A DNA stretch of 59,219 nt, filler included, from Sphacelaria rigidula (GCA_964200075.2; 8 parts of 8 records of this genome joined end to end with filler, not necessarily neighbours in it), one strand, 5' to 3'. Positions 24,375-38,348 are shown, numbered from the whole stretch's first letter. Program-made: numbers and translations. Notes: generated by a model from the sequence alone, not told the origin.

Positions 24375-24623
24375 GAGTCATCCTACGATAGGGGGGGGTG
24401 TATTGGATTGCACGAAAAAAAGGCTGATAAGTGTGTTAGATGACCTGCAACACTCGCGATGCGCTTGTATTCGGTTCAAAACGGTGTCAATCGGTATGAA
24501 TGAGCGTGATGTATTTATAACAAGCTCGTTCGAGCAACCGTTGCTGATTTCAGCGGCGATTTGTCTTGGAATTTCGTGCAAGAAGTGGCGCAAATCCCCT
24601 CCCCCCCTATCGTAGGGTGACTC
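24375..24623. mobile_element. MITE with GAG..CTC termini and 4-bp TSD (Sola-like)
   Basis: TIR GAGTCATCCTACGATAGGGGGGG / CCCCCCCTATCGTAGGGTGACTC; CGGT on both flanks. Confidence 0.75.
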
Positions 24624-24639
24624 CGGTGTCACAGCGAAC

Positions 24640-27130
24640 CTCGTCAGCGACCTCAATTGCATAGACCACATGGCCAAGCGGCAAGCACCCCCAACCTATA
24701 CTGCCAGCAAAGGCGGACTCGGACAACATGGCGGTTGTCACTGTCGAGTCCCGTGGCAACTTTGCCCACAACCACACCGTACGGGCCAAGTCGAAGCAGC
24801 GTCAATTCAGTAGACAACAGCTGCAGGTCGGAATGACTCGGTCGCACATGATCCAGTCGTTCCCTCATTACCTTAACGAGCAAGCATGCCAGCCAACCAT
24901 CACCGCACCGACGGTGCGAAGGAGTTCACGAACCTATCCTCGAAGCAGCGCAGACAGCACTCCAAGAGGAGACACGGGTACCACGTATACCGAAATGGTG
25001 CGAAAACCCCGAAACAAGAGTAAAAGTATTAGAGGCAGTGCTTGCCAAACGGCGGGAGGAACGCCAACTGATGAAGAACACACGGACCCAAGCATCGTGG
25101 AAAGTACTCAAATGCGCGTGTAAGGAGGTACGTACAGCAACAGACGATATCGTCCATGCACACCTGGAGAGGTTCCTGACGAGTCTAGCAGTGATCTATA
25201 AGGTTCTCAACGTGAGGGACCAAGACAAACACCTCAAGAGGTCTGTGGGTCATGGCGGGGGGCTACCATTTATCAAGGACGAGAACGGCGTTTTGCTGAG
25301 GAATAAAGGGGAGATCCTGAACCGGTGAGCGAGTCTTCCGCACTCCCCTTAACACCAAATCGCCCACGCTAAACCAAGCCACCATCAAGAAGGTGAAGCA
25401 GCAACGGGTAGTACCATCCACCGGAGATTTGGTGCCAATTGGGTCAGCAACGACGCTGGAGGAGACCACACAAGCAATTCGGGGGATCCACTTCTGGAAA
25501 GCGTCGACACACGACTTCTTCTCTGTTAGGCTACTCATGATCGACGGCCGCGCCGAAACAGCGTTCTCGAACGCCTCCATGCCATTCTCGCTGATGTTTG
25601 GAAAAGAGGGGAGGTCCCACAGGAGTGGAAAGACGCAACCATCAAAGTTCCGTACAAAACCACAAACGGGTCCTACGCAACAACTACAGGGGTATATCAT
25701 AGGTATCGCACGCAGGAAACGCGCTCCCGAGGATCGTAGCCAACGGCCTCCGTGACTTCTGCGAAGCCCACGAGATACTACCTGAGGAGTAGTACCGTTG
25801 CAGGCCTCACTAATCGATCCACTGTCGACATGCTGTGATATAGTACGTTGACTCCAGGAGCTAAAGTGACGGCGGAAAATATTGCTGTATATGTACTTCG
25901 TCGATCTCCAGGCGGCCTACGACTCGGTCGACCGAGAGCTTTTTTGGCAGGTTCTGGCCCGAGTGGGTGTTCCGGATGACATCATCGCCGTTATCCGCCA
26001 TTTCATGACGGCACGAAGGCCCGCGTGCGCATCGACGACAGGGATCTCTCGGAGTAGTTCGATGTCAAACAGGGATTTCGTCAAGACTGTGTGCTGTCAT
26101 CGCTGCAGTGCAACAACTTCTTCGCAGCGGCACTCGAGCTGGTCCTCGTGCGACTCAGTGAAGACGACAGCATCCTCAATGGCATGGTATACCTCCAGGA
26201 GGACACAGGAGGGCGGAGATACCACTGAAACGCGCACGGAGAGCGGTGTGGAGAATATTATATACCAACGACACTTCCGTCGTTTCGACATCAACCGACG
26301 GCTGGCGAAGATCATGACCGTTATAGTTGACGTGTTTGGGGCGTTTGGACTGACGAGTGTCGGACAAGACGGAGAATCGCTCGATTTTGATACCGGAGGA
26401 ACCACCGACGAAGGGAGATCCACCGTCGACACCAACCCCACCTCGCCCGCTACTAGTGATCGAAGCGGCGGACCAGATGTGCGCATACATTGCTAACTTC
26501 CGATAGTTGGGTGGTGTCGTCAATGATGACGGTGCAGATCGTGGGCGTGCATCAGGAACTTCTCCCGGGAGCCCTTTGACCGACCGAAAGCACCGTGGAA
26601 ACTCAAGGTTCCACTGCCGAAGACAAGAGTAATGAAAGCCGTACTGTACGGATGCATGGCGAGAGCCCCGCGCCGCGAGCATTACCAGTTGCTGAGACGG
26701 AGACACCACTGGCTCCTTCTGCGAGTTATTGAATACCACCGCGTGCGTGGCACCAGCCGACAGCTTACGTACCCCAGACCCTTTTGAAGATCGGATGCCA
26801 AAGTGGTGAAGTCATCGTCCGGCAGCGTTCGCTGCTGTTTGCGGGAGCCTTGGCTAGACAACCGGCCGGATGATTCTCCAAGCGACTGAAGTTCGGAACA
26901 CTCGGAGGTGGGGGGGTTAAGAAAAGGGTGCCCGAAGAAGCACTGGCTGAAGTGCCTGATAGACGATCTCGAAGCATTCGGAGCCACAGACGGCTCTACG
27001 GACGACAACTGACAAACGTTCAAAGTTTACAACGTCCTCTAGACTACAGCAGCGAAGAAGGAGGACGGGATGCCGTGGCACGCAAGGGTGCTGCGGGAAG
27101 CGGAGAGGACTATGACCTCATGGCGCAATG
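24640..27130 (+). mobile_element. Decayed RTE-clade LINE (APE end + reverse transcriptase)
   Basis: Frame-shifted motifs IKDENGVLLRNKGEIL, EWKDATIKV, LYMYFVDLQAAYDSVDRELFWQVLAR.GVP, FDVKQGFRQDCVLS typical of RTE RT; many stops and frameshifts. Confidence 0.9.
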
Positions 27131-29468
27131 ACGACGAAGAGGCCAGCCGACTACGTGCGAGTGAACGGGACAACAAGGAAATCGGAACAACAGAAACGGC
27201 GACTAAGCGTTAGGGGAGGATAAACAGGGGGGAAAGCGTAAAACGGTCGGACCTAAGGATGTCAATGCGCCCGACGAGAGCAGGACAAGTATGGCAAACG
27301 TGTAGCCAGATGTATACCGGACTGAATATGGCGGAGATGGGAGGGATATGCACAATCCTCCCATGTCCTTTGTCTGGTTACTTCGTTGCTTCCGTTACAC
27401 CCTGCCCTCGATGTGCTGTGTCAGTATGTGGTGTTTTTCTCGATGTGTCTAGCATATTCGAATATATAGCTGTCCCTCAAGTGTTTGCATACGGCGGGGG
27501 TATACGCGGCCAATGAAAACCCGACATGGAATTTTCCAACATGATACGTAAAAATGTGGGATACCGGGCTTTTGCCTTGGAATGGACTACAAAAGTAGCA
27601 CGGGTGGCTGGTTTTGAGACCCTTCAAGCGTGTGTAGATGTGAGTGGGGGTAGGGCATAGCGGGCGTAACCCCGTCGGCGTGTAATTTACCCGGCCTAGC
27701 AAAGCGACAAGGATAGAACCGTGCGATTCTTATTGCTATGGTCAGTGATTTTACTGTTATGGTTGGTGTATTGTGTTCCACAGTTTGGCGTCATATCTGC
27801 TTGGCTTCGCGTGTCGAGTGGGAGCGTTGAGTCCTATCTGCATGAGTCCGAATGGTCGCCTGCAGGACCAGATTTTATGCGGTTATTGCCATGCTTTTCG
27901 CCGCTTTAACATGTTGAGATGGGAAAATCGTAGCTTCACGTCCCAATCAAATGACCGTTTGTCCCTTTTTTCGAGACGAATGAGGTTACTATTGGGCCGC
28001 AAACAGGGCCACAAGATTTGAAATCGTTCCGAAGTCGGCTGAACAATCCAATATCCTAAGCCGCTTCCTGATAAAGCTCTACTTACGGCGATACAGCTGT
28101 GGTCGTGTCATCCCAGCTCTTTTCGACCGACATGGCCTTTCGCAGCCAACCTCTGATATTTTTGTCGGTGAATGATCACGAATCGGAACCGCAACAGGTG
28201 ACGGTTCGTAACTTCAGCCTTTCGTTAACCTCAAGTATATTTCCACCAGCCCGGAAGCCGCTAGAGTCATCAAAAGATAAATTACTCGCTAGTTCTCAGT
28301 AACAGCTCAAAAACAAAAACGAGCGAAGCATTGGGTCACTGTATTGCGCAGGTATCTCTGGATTTCCAAATCATGATAGCTTGAAAACATCCTCGAGCCT
28401 GTCTGGTGGTCTGTAGGTTACGCGCATGTCGTCAACACATCCCGGAACGCGTTCAATTGTGTGGGTAGCAACCGTGTGTCCAAGAAACACCGGCATGCGG
28501 GCACTCCACCTCGATATGATCAAGACACGTTGTAGCTACAATGTCCCCGACAGGAGCGGGCTCAAAAATAGTCTGGCAGGGTAACCCGTGTGTTGTACTT
28601 CGACGCACGGGGTCATATGTATTGGAACATGACGACCCGTCTGCGGTTAACGGAGCACGTTCACGTCCTTACTTGTGTGCGTAAAATACGAGCCGTGTTC
28701 GCTACGCGAGATATCAGTGAGGTCGCAGTATCCTGTTCTGAGAAAACCTACCCTGACAGCCGCCTCGAGGGATGTGAATTCAGCATATAAATCCCCAGTG
28801 GGATGTCAACTCCCAAACCCCGACACATCCGCCATGCTTACACTGATAAGACGTCCAAGAGAACATTTTACTACGGAGCAACACGGTCCAACTGATGCCG
28901 CCTCCCACAAACGCGCGTACTTGTTCCTTCTATACTAGAAGAACCCACCCGACAACTCATCATCATTGTCGTTGTCAACACCTATTATCTCGGCACACTT
29001 TTCATGTTGCCACATCATCACATCACATATACGGCAGTTGCTCCTATGAAGTTTGACATCAAATTGACCTCTCCGCATTTTTCGTACAGCGTGCCCCACA
29101 ATGTTTGGAACCCTACTGTTGTGTTCGGGTTGGACATCTTGTTTTTCAGGGCGAGTTCACATAAATTGTTCGGTACATCTCGTAGGCGGTAGTGCTGATC
29201 GTTTTCCATTACTCGTATCGTTTGTGAAGGTCTTGCCCCCACAATCTCGCGGGCACCGCTATTGCTCCGGTTATGTAAATTACTGATCAAGTTGCGACTT
29301 TCTGTCATTTCCTGGGCGAATAATACCGCCGTGTATCTTCTGCAGTTCCATATTGCTCACATAACAGTGAAACAGTGAAAAAGGTACTGCAGAGCTTTGG
29401 AATCGCGCCTTCGTTTTGTCTGTTAAGGAATACGATAGTCGTGGAGACCGTTGTACTCCTCTTGGCAG

Positions 29469-29531
29469 GTGACTGCAGAGGCTGGCGCAGGCAGCTTTAT
29501 GCTGACCTCGTCTCAGGGGAGAACACCGCAG
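29469..29531 (+). CDS. Possible isolated exon (frame uncertain)
   Basis: CTCTTGGCAG acceptor, CAG|GT donor, 63 bp open. Confidence 0.25.
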
Positions 29532-29560
29532 GTGCCTGAACTCGGACGTATATTCATTAT

Positions 29561-29660
29561 NNNNNNNNNNNNNNNNNNNNNNNNNNNNNNNNNNNNNNNN
29601 NNNNTTAATTAATTAANNNNNNNNNNNNNNNNNNNNNNNNNNNNNNNNNNNNNNNNNNNN
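29561..29660. other. Artificial contig spacer
   Basis: N44-TTAATTAATTAA-N44. Confidence 0.99.
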
Positions 29661-29844
29661 CCGCCCTTCCGACTATCTTGTCTTCACCCCAAGAGTGTTT
29701 TTTTTAGCTTCCGACACAATGGTGGGGGGGGGGGGGGGGGGGGGGAGGTGACGCTGCAAGTGCATGTCCGAACACTCTCGTTTCACGCCCTTTACCGTAC
29801 CATGCATGCGGAGTTCAAATTCTTCCTTTTTTTGGATGAAGCAG

Positions 29845-29990
29845 GTGTTGAAGTTCCGTGAAGTTATGGAACGAAAAGGTCTTCTGGATGTCCGCCGAAG
29901 GGAGCAAGCGATGCACTGGGTGAGCCGACATCTCCAGCGGCAATTGATGGATCGGGCCAATGATGACCCGAACGTGCAGGCTCTTGCCAA
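29845..29990 (+). CDS. MMAA: Penultimate exon of MMAA/MeaB (ArgK) family GTPase
   Basis: GCAG acceptor, GTAAGC donor; VLKFREVMERKGLLDVRRREQAMHWVSRHLQRQL matches the MeaB C-terminal G.L..RR.EQ...W pattern. Confidence 0.8.
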
Positions 29991-30163
29991 GTAAGCTATG
30001 CGACACCACTACTGTAGGTATAGTGCAAAACGCCTGTTTCCCCCACCGATTCCATGCGTAAACCCGCGTCTTTGTGCCTCAGTATGATCCACAGGCGTCA
30101 CAAAACGCGTTTTCATAGCCACTTCAATTAGCGTAATGATCTGGTTTTCATTCGTACTTTCGC

Positions 30164-30164
30164 G

Positions 30165-30223
<59 letters not shown>

Positions 30224-30224
30224 G
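30164..30224. repeat. (TTG)n microsatellite, intronic
   Basis: About 20 perfect units. Confidence 0.95.
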
Positions 30225-30562
30225 CTCGTAGTAATCTTCCTTTTGGACCGAAGCAACGTATTGTACACACAAGCCAACGTACCGTTTTTGCGGTATGCTT
30301 TCTACTGACAACACATACACACATATATAACCGGCAGTTTGTTGTATTTGGTTGAGCTGGTCTCAAGCCAAGGCAGGGTGTGTAAGCGAATCTCAGTCAA
30401 GCAAAGCTGCACTCTGCTACATCGATCTCGCCAGTATCCGCAACCTCAGGAGATATTCAACTCACTGCATCCATTTCCGATCAACGAATTTGGATGTTTA
30501 TCTTGTTTTTCTTCTCCAGTCACCACACCCCCCCATATTTCTCGTTTTCTTGTTTTTGTCAG

Positions 30563-30668
30563 GAAACTGGATCCTGACCTAGCGGCGGGAGCATTGAGCC
30601 CTCGAGCAGCTGCACAGCAACTCACGGACTGTCTGCTCGGAGTCAACCCAAATAAATCTTCGCGGTAG
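30563..30668 (+). CDS. MMAA: Terminal exon of MMAA/MeaB family GTPase
   Basis: Pyrimidine tract + GTCAG acceptor, phase-2 join, KLDPDLAAGALSPRAAAQQL...stop matches the G.LSP..AA..L terminus. Confidence 0.8.
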
Positions 30669-33274
30669 TGGGGCCTGGATTAAAAATTACGCGTGTGAAG
30701 TTGTGTACTGCACCACTGTGATCGTTGTCGCGCAGTTTCAAACAAGAAATGTTCTCCGGGTTATGAAAGTTCATGTCGGACCAAAATGACGAGTTGATGC
30801 GCAGTGTATCGGGACGCTGTGATATGGAGGGCCATAAGGACGTTGCAGGGGAAGAAGTTTTGACGGAATATTTCGCGAGACGGGACGGAATTTCATGCCC
30901 CGTCCTGTCACGGTGATTTTTACACGAAGCCATGTCACGCTACGTAGTGGGAGGGGTGTCGTCTTTTGTCCGAACGTGGCTCCTCCGCGCGAAACGACAG
31001 TAAAACCAACCCTCATCCAACCCCCAACGATGGATGTCTTTTTGCAAGAATTTGCGCAATCTTACGATTATTATCGATCGATGTCAACAGCGTGCTTCGA
31101 ACTCGCTCCCACCTACAGGGATGTCTCAGAATAGCTGCGTTCTTTCATTCGTGCAACCATTCAGTCAACACCTCCTCCCGAGGGTAACGTGGATGACTAA
31201 GGGGTGGAGTTCTCATCGCATCCGGTCCCGCTCCACCCAGTGGGACGGCAATCCTGTTCGCTTACGTCGTCTCCTGAAAAGCCCTGGGGAAAACAATGTT
31301 CGTCAGGTGCCCAGTGTTTGTTCAGTCATATCAATCCGACACGTTTTGTCGGCGTTGCGAATGTCAAGCTACAGTACATCTGTTTTTGCTACTACTGCTG
31401 TAGAAAGGGATGAGACCAGCAACTCGTATGAGACCCATTCAAATCAAAATCGCGCCCGATTTTGAACGAAATGTCAAAACCGCATTTCAGCGACGGTTGT
31501 GAATCTTATCAGCGAGCGAGCTTCTAATTAAAATGCGTACTCCATTTCGAAGGTCCGATCAAAATTGAGGAGCTTGTTAGTCTTATTTCGAGCCTTCTTT
31601 TCGCATAGAGCAATAGAGAAAAGCGGGTACACCATCCCCCTTTTCAGCCAGGAATAGCGTGACAGTCATTGCGAGAGTTGTCGCTGCCCGTACTAGGCCC
31701 AAACCACTCAAACACAAATCCCAACGCAGAGGCGACACGCTTACAGCCCATGCAGAGCATGCACATCAACGAGTGCGAAAGGATGATACACTATAGTGGG
31801 TGCACTCTCCCCCTTTTCACCCACAAAAAGCGTGGTGGCCAATGTGAAAGTTGGAGCTGCCCGTGCTAGGCCCAAATAACTAAAAACCCAGTCCCGACGC
31901 AAATGCGACAGGCCTCCAGCCCATGCAGAGCATGCGCACCAACTCCCCCCCCCCCCAAAGGTGAAATAGGGCCAAACAGTACCGCGGGGTACAAGGGCCT
32001 CTGTAATAGTGTTTGGAGGAACGGGTCTCGACGAGGAACAGTATTGGGTTGGGCGGAGATAAATACTTGATACGCTCGGAGAGTAGCTGACTTTTGGATA
32101 TGAATCTTTGCTCATTAGCCGCTTGCAGGGCACGAGTTTCATTTGAAAAACAGGATTTTTTGGGCGTTCCGAGTCGTGTCCAACGGTTGATCAAGGGAAT
32201 CATATTGCATGGGCACACGAGTCTGATTACAATCCGCATGTTTCATGTGCACAAGGGACAGTAATATCCGGATTTCTCTTTGGTCTGTGATGGACGGCAC
32301 GATGCACAGGGTATTCAGCTGGTGCAGACGAACCCTCGGTTGTGCCTACGGGCCAGCAACAACGTTCCTATTTTATTGTACTCGTACCTGCATTTTGGCT
32401 TTTTTGGTCCTTGCATGATGACTATGTGTGAGGTATACTTGTTTGTGTTGGGTGCAACACGCAACACCCGTGCCCTCGTTTTCACTCTGTGGTTTTCGGT
32501 CGACTAATCAACACTAGACTACCCTTGCTCCGCGGGCCACGCTACTCCTGTTGGTGAGCCGTGCTTACGGGACTGTACACCACTGGTTAGTGAGTATAAT
32601 AAATTGGGTATCCACTTCTTGTGGACGATTTGAGCTGATTTGCTTCACCGTTCGTGCTGACAGAAAAATCGAGTTGGGTGGACTGCTGCACAGTCATCTG
32701 TACGCAGTGGATTGGTCCAGCTTGAGCACCTGTTCTTCCGATCATCAGGACGAGGGTCAAGTGTGGCTCCCTTCTCAGGGGGTACCACACCAAATATCAC
32801 AAAACCTCGTAAAACCCCCTCTCTCTGTCCGATAATGAGGTGGGGTTTTGTTTATCGTCCACATCTTTGTCCACATTGTCACCCGCTTTGGTCCGAAGTG
32901 TACACGCGTTTCACCACCATCGGCCTTCCATTACCACCGTCCAACCTACCGCACGGCAAAAATTCGAACTGCCGAAGAACGTCGCCACTACTTCTTTTCA
33001 CGTCTTCCAACGGCCTCGAGACCCACCGTCGATCTTTCCAACCTACGAAAACGAGACTCCTGCGGGGTTATTGACACTCTCACTGCACGGCCGTTGTGCG
33101 CGCGCGCACAAACGGCACACCACATTGTCAAACTGCGGAACACAAATCAAACGGCACAAATTGCCGATAGACGGAGAACAACAGCTAAGTCCCCCCACGG
33201 CTCACTCATCATTCAACGACGCGACAAGCCAGCATTCCGAGACACCTCGCCGTACAGGGCGCTCGCCATGTATT

Positions 33275-33836
33275 TGTTGTTGTTGTTGTTGGTGGTGGTG
33301 TTGGTGGTGGTGTTGGTGTTGGTGTTACCACCCCATCTATTCTGGACGCCAGTGTACTCCTTGCGGTGTACGTGGACGTATCAGCCGGGGTCATGCAGGA
33401 GGAAGTTCGACACAAGAATACTTTCTCTCTTGCTGTGTTTAGCACTCATTAATTAGTGAATAAGCTGTTTCAGTTCCGAAATGCACCTCCACCAGGCTCA
33501 ATATTCTCTCTGTAGTAGCTTGCCACTGAGGCACTCGATACCCCTGAGTAGGATATCAACGTGTAGCTGTAAGCACGTGGCAGTGATGAGACGACGAAAA
33601 GCACACACTGAATGAAAAAATGGCCAAGTTAAAGCGAAAGATCAAAGCCACTCTCGAACCGCATCGAACTCTCAATCTTACGAAAACCTTGTTCTTTGCG
33701 TACCCGCGACAACGTCGCTCTCCACTGCTGGCCACAATGTGAGGAAAATCCAGATCATGGTACTTTAATGAGGTTTGAGCCCACGTCCCAAACGTCAGAA
33801 GGTTTCGAGGACACCAACTGAGCCACCGGAGGGACG
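33275..33836 (-). mobile_element. tRNA-derived SINE (family A) interrupted by another repeat (~33440-33690)
   Basis: Head CCGGTGGCTCAGTTGGT on the reverse strand at 33770-33836; tail CCATCTATTCTGGACGCC at 33333; the insert is homologous to 42510-42720. Confidence 0.6.
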
Positions 33837-34298
33837 ATACATGTTGCAATTTTCGAATTGATTGTTGTGTCGGGCTATTCCAGATTCGGCATTAGATCCT
33901 GTGACAGAAAACACTCTCGTTTTTTTCGGAATACTTGAAGGAAAACGAGCAGAACTTTTTGAAAAACTGCTAGAACCATGACGCCATTATATGTAGTACA
34001 GGGTATTACACTTAAAACAATATAATTTTGCAGTGGTGTATGGAGAACAGGATACTACCCTCAACACAAGACAACACGGTAGTTCTGCAGTGTTTTCTAG
34101 TTTTAGAACCTGAAGATGGACTGTGTACAGTATGCATCAGGTTCTCTTGTTGCAAAATCACAGCGTCCTTATTGATTCTTTATGTCATAGCTTGGTTACA
34201 GAGAGACGAACACAACAATACAGCACATCAAGCAACTCAGCGGAGACCAAACCGTCTGCGCAAGATGCAACAACGGAGCACAACACCTGCACACCCAG

Positions 34299-34768
34299 CC
34301 CTGAAAAAACACGCACAGACACCCACCACTCACGCGCATCGTTCAAGCGATAGCTCATCATCTACACACGACAGCCTTTGTTTGACGGAAATCCGTCCAG
34401 TACACGTGCGTGCAGCAAAAAACGGCAAAACTCCCAGTCCTCGCATAACCCTCCGGTTACTTGCGCCGATTGACGGGCTGTATTCAAATTCAAAACTTTG
34501 AACCCAGATCTGCACATTCCACAAATCGATGTTTTTGTGTGGTCGTTAGTCCAAGCAGGTCCAAGGTATGCTGCCGACCCTGAAAAAACATGCACAGACA
34601 CCCACCACTCACGCGCATCGTTCAAGCGATACCTCATCATCTACACACGACAGCATTTGTTTGACGGAAATCCGTCCAGTACTCGATGAAAGGCGACGCG
34701 TGTGTGCAACAAAAAACGGTAAAACTCCCACTCCTCGCATAACCCTCCGGTTACTTGCGCCGATTGAC
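34299..34768. repeat. Local duplication of ~175-190 bp (34299-34474 and 34578-34768)
   Basis: CCCTGAAAAAAC..GCACAGACACCCACCACTCACGCGCATCG...CTTGCGCCGATTGAC occurs twice. Confidence 0.85.
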
Positions 34769-35580
34769 ACAACAGAGTTTCCCAGATGATCGGAAAAAAA
34801 TGTTGAAAATATTTTATACTCGTTGCAGTATTGCCCAGTGCGCTGGATCTCACCAAGTTTCAGGCGCAGCAGTGAAGATGAAGCCGCCAACAGGTATCCC
34901 CGACAGAAGAAAAAAATCGATAATAACCAAGCTTTTGGATGGCAAGCTGGGACCGGCGCGGAAATCTGGGAAGGGTCAGATAGCTGATGAAAATAAATGT
35001 CCGCACTACGAGAGCACTCGGTTGGTTCTGAACCAAAGCAAAGTTGAACTCCGTCGGCCATTCTTGCTGTACTGTTGGCGGCTGCTGCTTTTCTGATTGT
35101 ACAGTGTTTGTAGCTTCGTGATCCCGTGAGAGGATGGGGTGCAGACTCGACTCAGATAGTCGATTAATGGGCACGACTGCGATAGTCGATCAGTGGACAC
35201 GGCTGACTGCCGATCAAGATGAGGTAGAAATGTATATAAAGCTTTGTTGATGAAGAGGGAAGGAAGGGGAGTGATCGCAGTTGGGATCAAGGTCCCAACA
35301 TGCGACGAGCACCACTCACGTATGTCCAGTCACGAACATCACAATATAAAGGCATACCGCGTAGTACCCGGAACTCAAACAGGTATATCACTAGACTGTT
35401 GTACCTTACCCTGACTAGGTGTATCTTACTGACCACCGCAGGCTATCCTACGAACACGGCGCTCGCATTTAACCGATTGCGCGCCAGGCCCTCAAATGAA
35501 GCGTAGGTGTGCCACTGGAAATATTTTTTCATAATTGCTTTGGTTCAACACTTTTTGTTTTTTTCCTCATACTGTGATAC

Positions 35581-35855
35581 CATCCCCTTCCTCGGGATGA
35601 GTCCGTGGTCTCAAGGGATAAACCCATCTCTCCCCCGGTACGCGCCTTTCATTTCTCGCGGATTGGGTCAGCAATCCCACCCCGCGTCAACTCACGTCAC
35701 ACAAACCCCGTTGACTACTTTGTTCGCTCACGTTCTCATGCTTTCCACGGTGGAAATCATACATGACGAAGACAAAACCCAACGAATCGGGAATCGAACC
35801 CCGTTTTTTCCACCCTTATGGCGACAGTCGGACCATTACACCACCGGGGCGCGGC
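35581..35855 (-). mobile_element. tRNA-derived SINE (family B)
   Basis: A-box GGTGTAATGG, B-box GGTTCGATTCCC; full-length homolog at 37319-37597. Confidence 0.8.
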
Positions 35856-36975
35856 AACACCATACCGTAGCCACGAGTTATAAATCATTGAAGGGTGCTG
35901 AGCAATGCTACAGTAGGGGTGCACATTTTGCGTGAAATCTTGTCTGATTCAGGGGCTCCTAAGGATTCTAGATGCACAAGAATATTGCACAGGGCACCCC
36001 CGTTCGCAAATTTATTCGGGGTAACCCTAGCGCATTGAAATAGTAATCCTGGCGTACTCTCACATACTCCATAATACGTCGTGTATAGGGTAAGATGAAG
36101 GGCTTGTAACAATTGTATCCTCAGATCATATTTGTGTAGCCCTACCGTAGCATCACTCTGCTGGCCGCAAAGGTTAAATAAGCTACTGGAGCGACGTATA
36201 TATGTCGGGTTCACGGCCATCGAAGGTAGGCGGAGACGTTTTGCTCCGAATTAGGGTCTGGCACTACAAAGGGTCGAGAGACGTCAAACTTGGCGTCACA
36301 GCTCAAGTTTCCTATGAAAGGGTGCAAACCGGCTGCATTCGTTTGAATGAACAGAGTTAGTCTGTGCATCCATCCACATTATTCCCCCCTTCGAGGCTTC
36401 CGCGAAACAAATGCGACTTTTTTTTCTCTCGTCAATCTACTTGGTCGGTTTTGAGGATGACCCGCGGGTCACACCTATCGCTTTGGGCATGCAAGGCATA
36501 TAACACGGGATGCTCGAAAATAGGAACAGGTTTCGGTCAGATTGTTTTTTCCTTTCTTGGAGCTCGGGTCCTCCCCCCTCCCGATTCATTGTAGGCTGCT
36601 ATATATATGCAAGATAATCAGTACGCTTCGGACCGAATAATCTCAGCAGGATGCAGCTCACCCTTCATGCAACTCGCCGAACACGTCACGAGGCTTCGCG
36701 CTTGATGCTTGATGGCGAACCTGGTCCGGCGAAAACCCGACGTGCTCCGTCTCGGCTTTGTAGGGGGGTCCGATGTTAACGGCCATATGACTACGGTATG
36801 CAACATCATAGGTACCCCCTCCCGACGGTCTCATTTTTTCATGGGCAAACGACGAAAGTGGGTACGTCGCCTATTTCAGCCCAAACGTAGGGACACGTAA
36901 CCGCGCAAGCTGGAGCTTCCCGTGCTACGCCCAAACTACTCAAACAACAATCCCGACGCAAACCCAAGGCACCCA

Positions 36976-37075
36976 NNNNNNNNNNNNNNNNNNNNNNNNN
37001 NNNNNNNNNNNNNNNNNNNTTAATTAATTAANNNNNNNNNNNNNNNNNNNNNNNNNNNNNNNNNNNNNNNNNNNN
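36976..37075. other. Artificial contig spacer
   Basis: N44-TTAATTAATTAA-N44. Confidence 0.99.
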
Positions 37076-37318
37076 TTTAATCCTCCGGGTTCTCATCCTC
37101 AATCAATAGCACCATCCTCAACATAGATGATTGGCTGTTAAATGCAAAGTTGCGCTGGAACGGCCTCAATGAGTAGAGCAAGTCGTTCCAAGGCGTCAAT
37201 ATCCGCCTAGCCCTCTTTTTTTCGGGCTTGAACTGACGGAGAAGGACCCAAAAGGCAGTTCTAAACAGGAATTTTGAACGGCTCCCATTTCTTCTTCTCC
37301 CTCACACTTGGAACCCGT

Positions 37319-37597
37319 ATCCCCTTTCTCGGGATGAGTCCGTGGTCTCAAGGGATCAACCCGTCTCTCCCCTGGTACGCGCCTTCCATTTTGGTCTCGC
37401 GGATTGGATCAGCACTCCCGCACCGCGTCAACTCACGTCAAACAAACCCAGTCGACTCCTTTGTTTACTCACGTTGTCACGCTTTCCAGGATGGAAACCA
37501 TACATCACGAAGGGAAAACCGAACGCATCGAAAATCGAACCCCCGTTCTCTCCACCCCAATGACGATAGCCGGACCATTGCACCACCGGGGCGCGGC
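37319..37597 (-). mobile_element. tRNA-derived SINE (family B)
   Basis: Homolog of 35581-35855. Confidence 0.8.
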
Positions 37598-37711
37598 ACC
37601 ATTAGAGTCGGTCTTGGCCAAAAAGGCAGTTTTCAACAGGAATTCTGAGCGGCTCGCAGTAGAGTCGGTCTTAGACCGACTGAAGACCGACTCTAAAAAA
37701 AACTAAAGAGC

Positions 37712-38186
37712 GACTCTATTTTTTGGAGCCGTTCAAAATTTCTGTTCAAACCTGCCTTTTTGGCCCTTCATCGTCGTTTTACGCCTGAAAGAGGGCTAGG
37801 CGGATATTGACGCCTTGGAACGACCTTCTCTACTCAAAGAGACCGCGCCAGGGCAACTTTGCATTTCCCGCTGGCCGCACTTTCATTTTTGGCCAAATAA
37901 ATATGGATTTCAACAGAAGACGGTCAAGAGATCAACAAAAGGGGGGAAATTTTGATCACTTGACCATTTTATACTGAAAATTCGTGTCTGGCCTCATTTG
38001 GCCAAGAACAAAAGTGCGGCCAGCGGGAAATGCACAGTTGTTGCCATAGAACGGTCTCAACGAATAGAGCAAGTCATTCCAAGGCGTCAATACCCGCCTA
38101 GCCCTCTTTTCGGGCTTGAACTGACGGAGAAGGACCCAAAAGGCAGTTCTAAACAGGAATTTTGAACGATTCCCGTTAGAGTTGCC
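37712..38186. mobile_element. Long-TIR MITE (GGCAACTCTA..GGGAGCCGTTC family, Harbinger-like)
   Basis: Inverted arms of ~180 bp; further copies at 37140-37287 (half), 39906-40928 and 40932-41410. Confidence 0.7.
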
Positions 38187-38348
38187 TTAGGGTGTGTCTT
38201 AGCACATTGGTTTTCGATCGAAAATGTGCTGTGAAGAACAAAAATCCTGATCTGATACATCATTCTTATTTCAACCATCGTCGAAAATTGTGAAGATCGG
38301 GATTTGCTTTTTCAACCGCACATTTTCGATCGAAAACCAATATTCTAA

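Noticed and set aside
30009..30320. PolyQ protein on the minus strand
   Set aside because: Produced by an intronic (TTG)n microsatellite antisense to MMAA.
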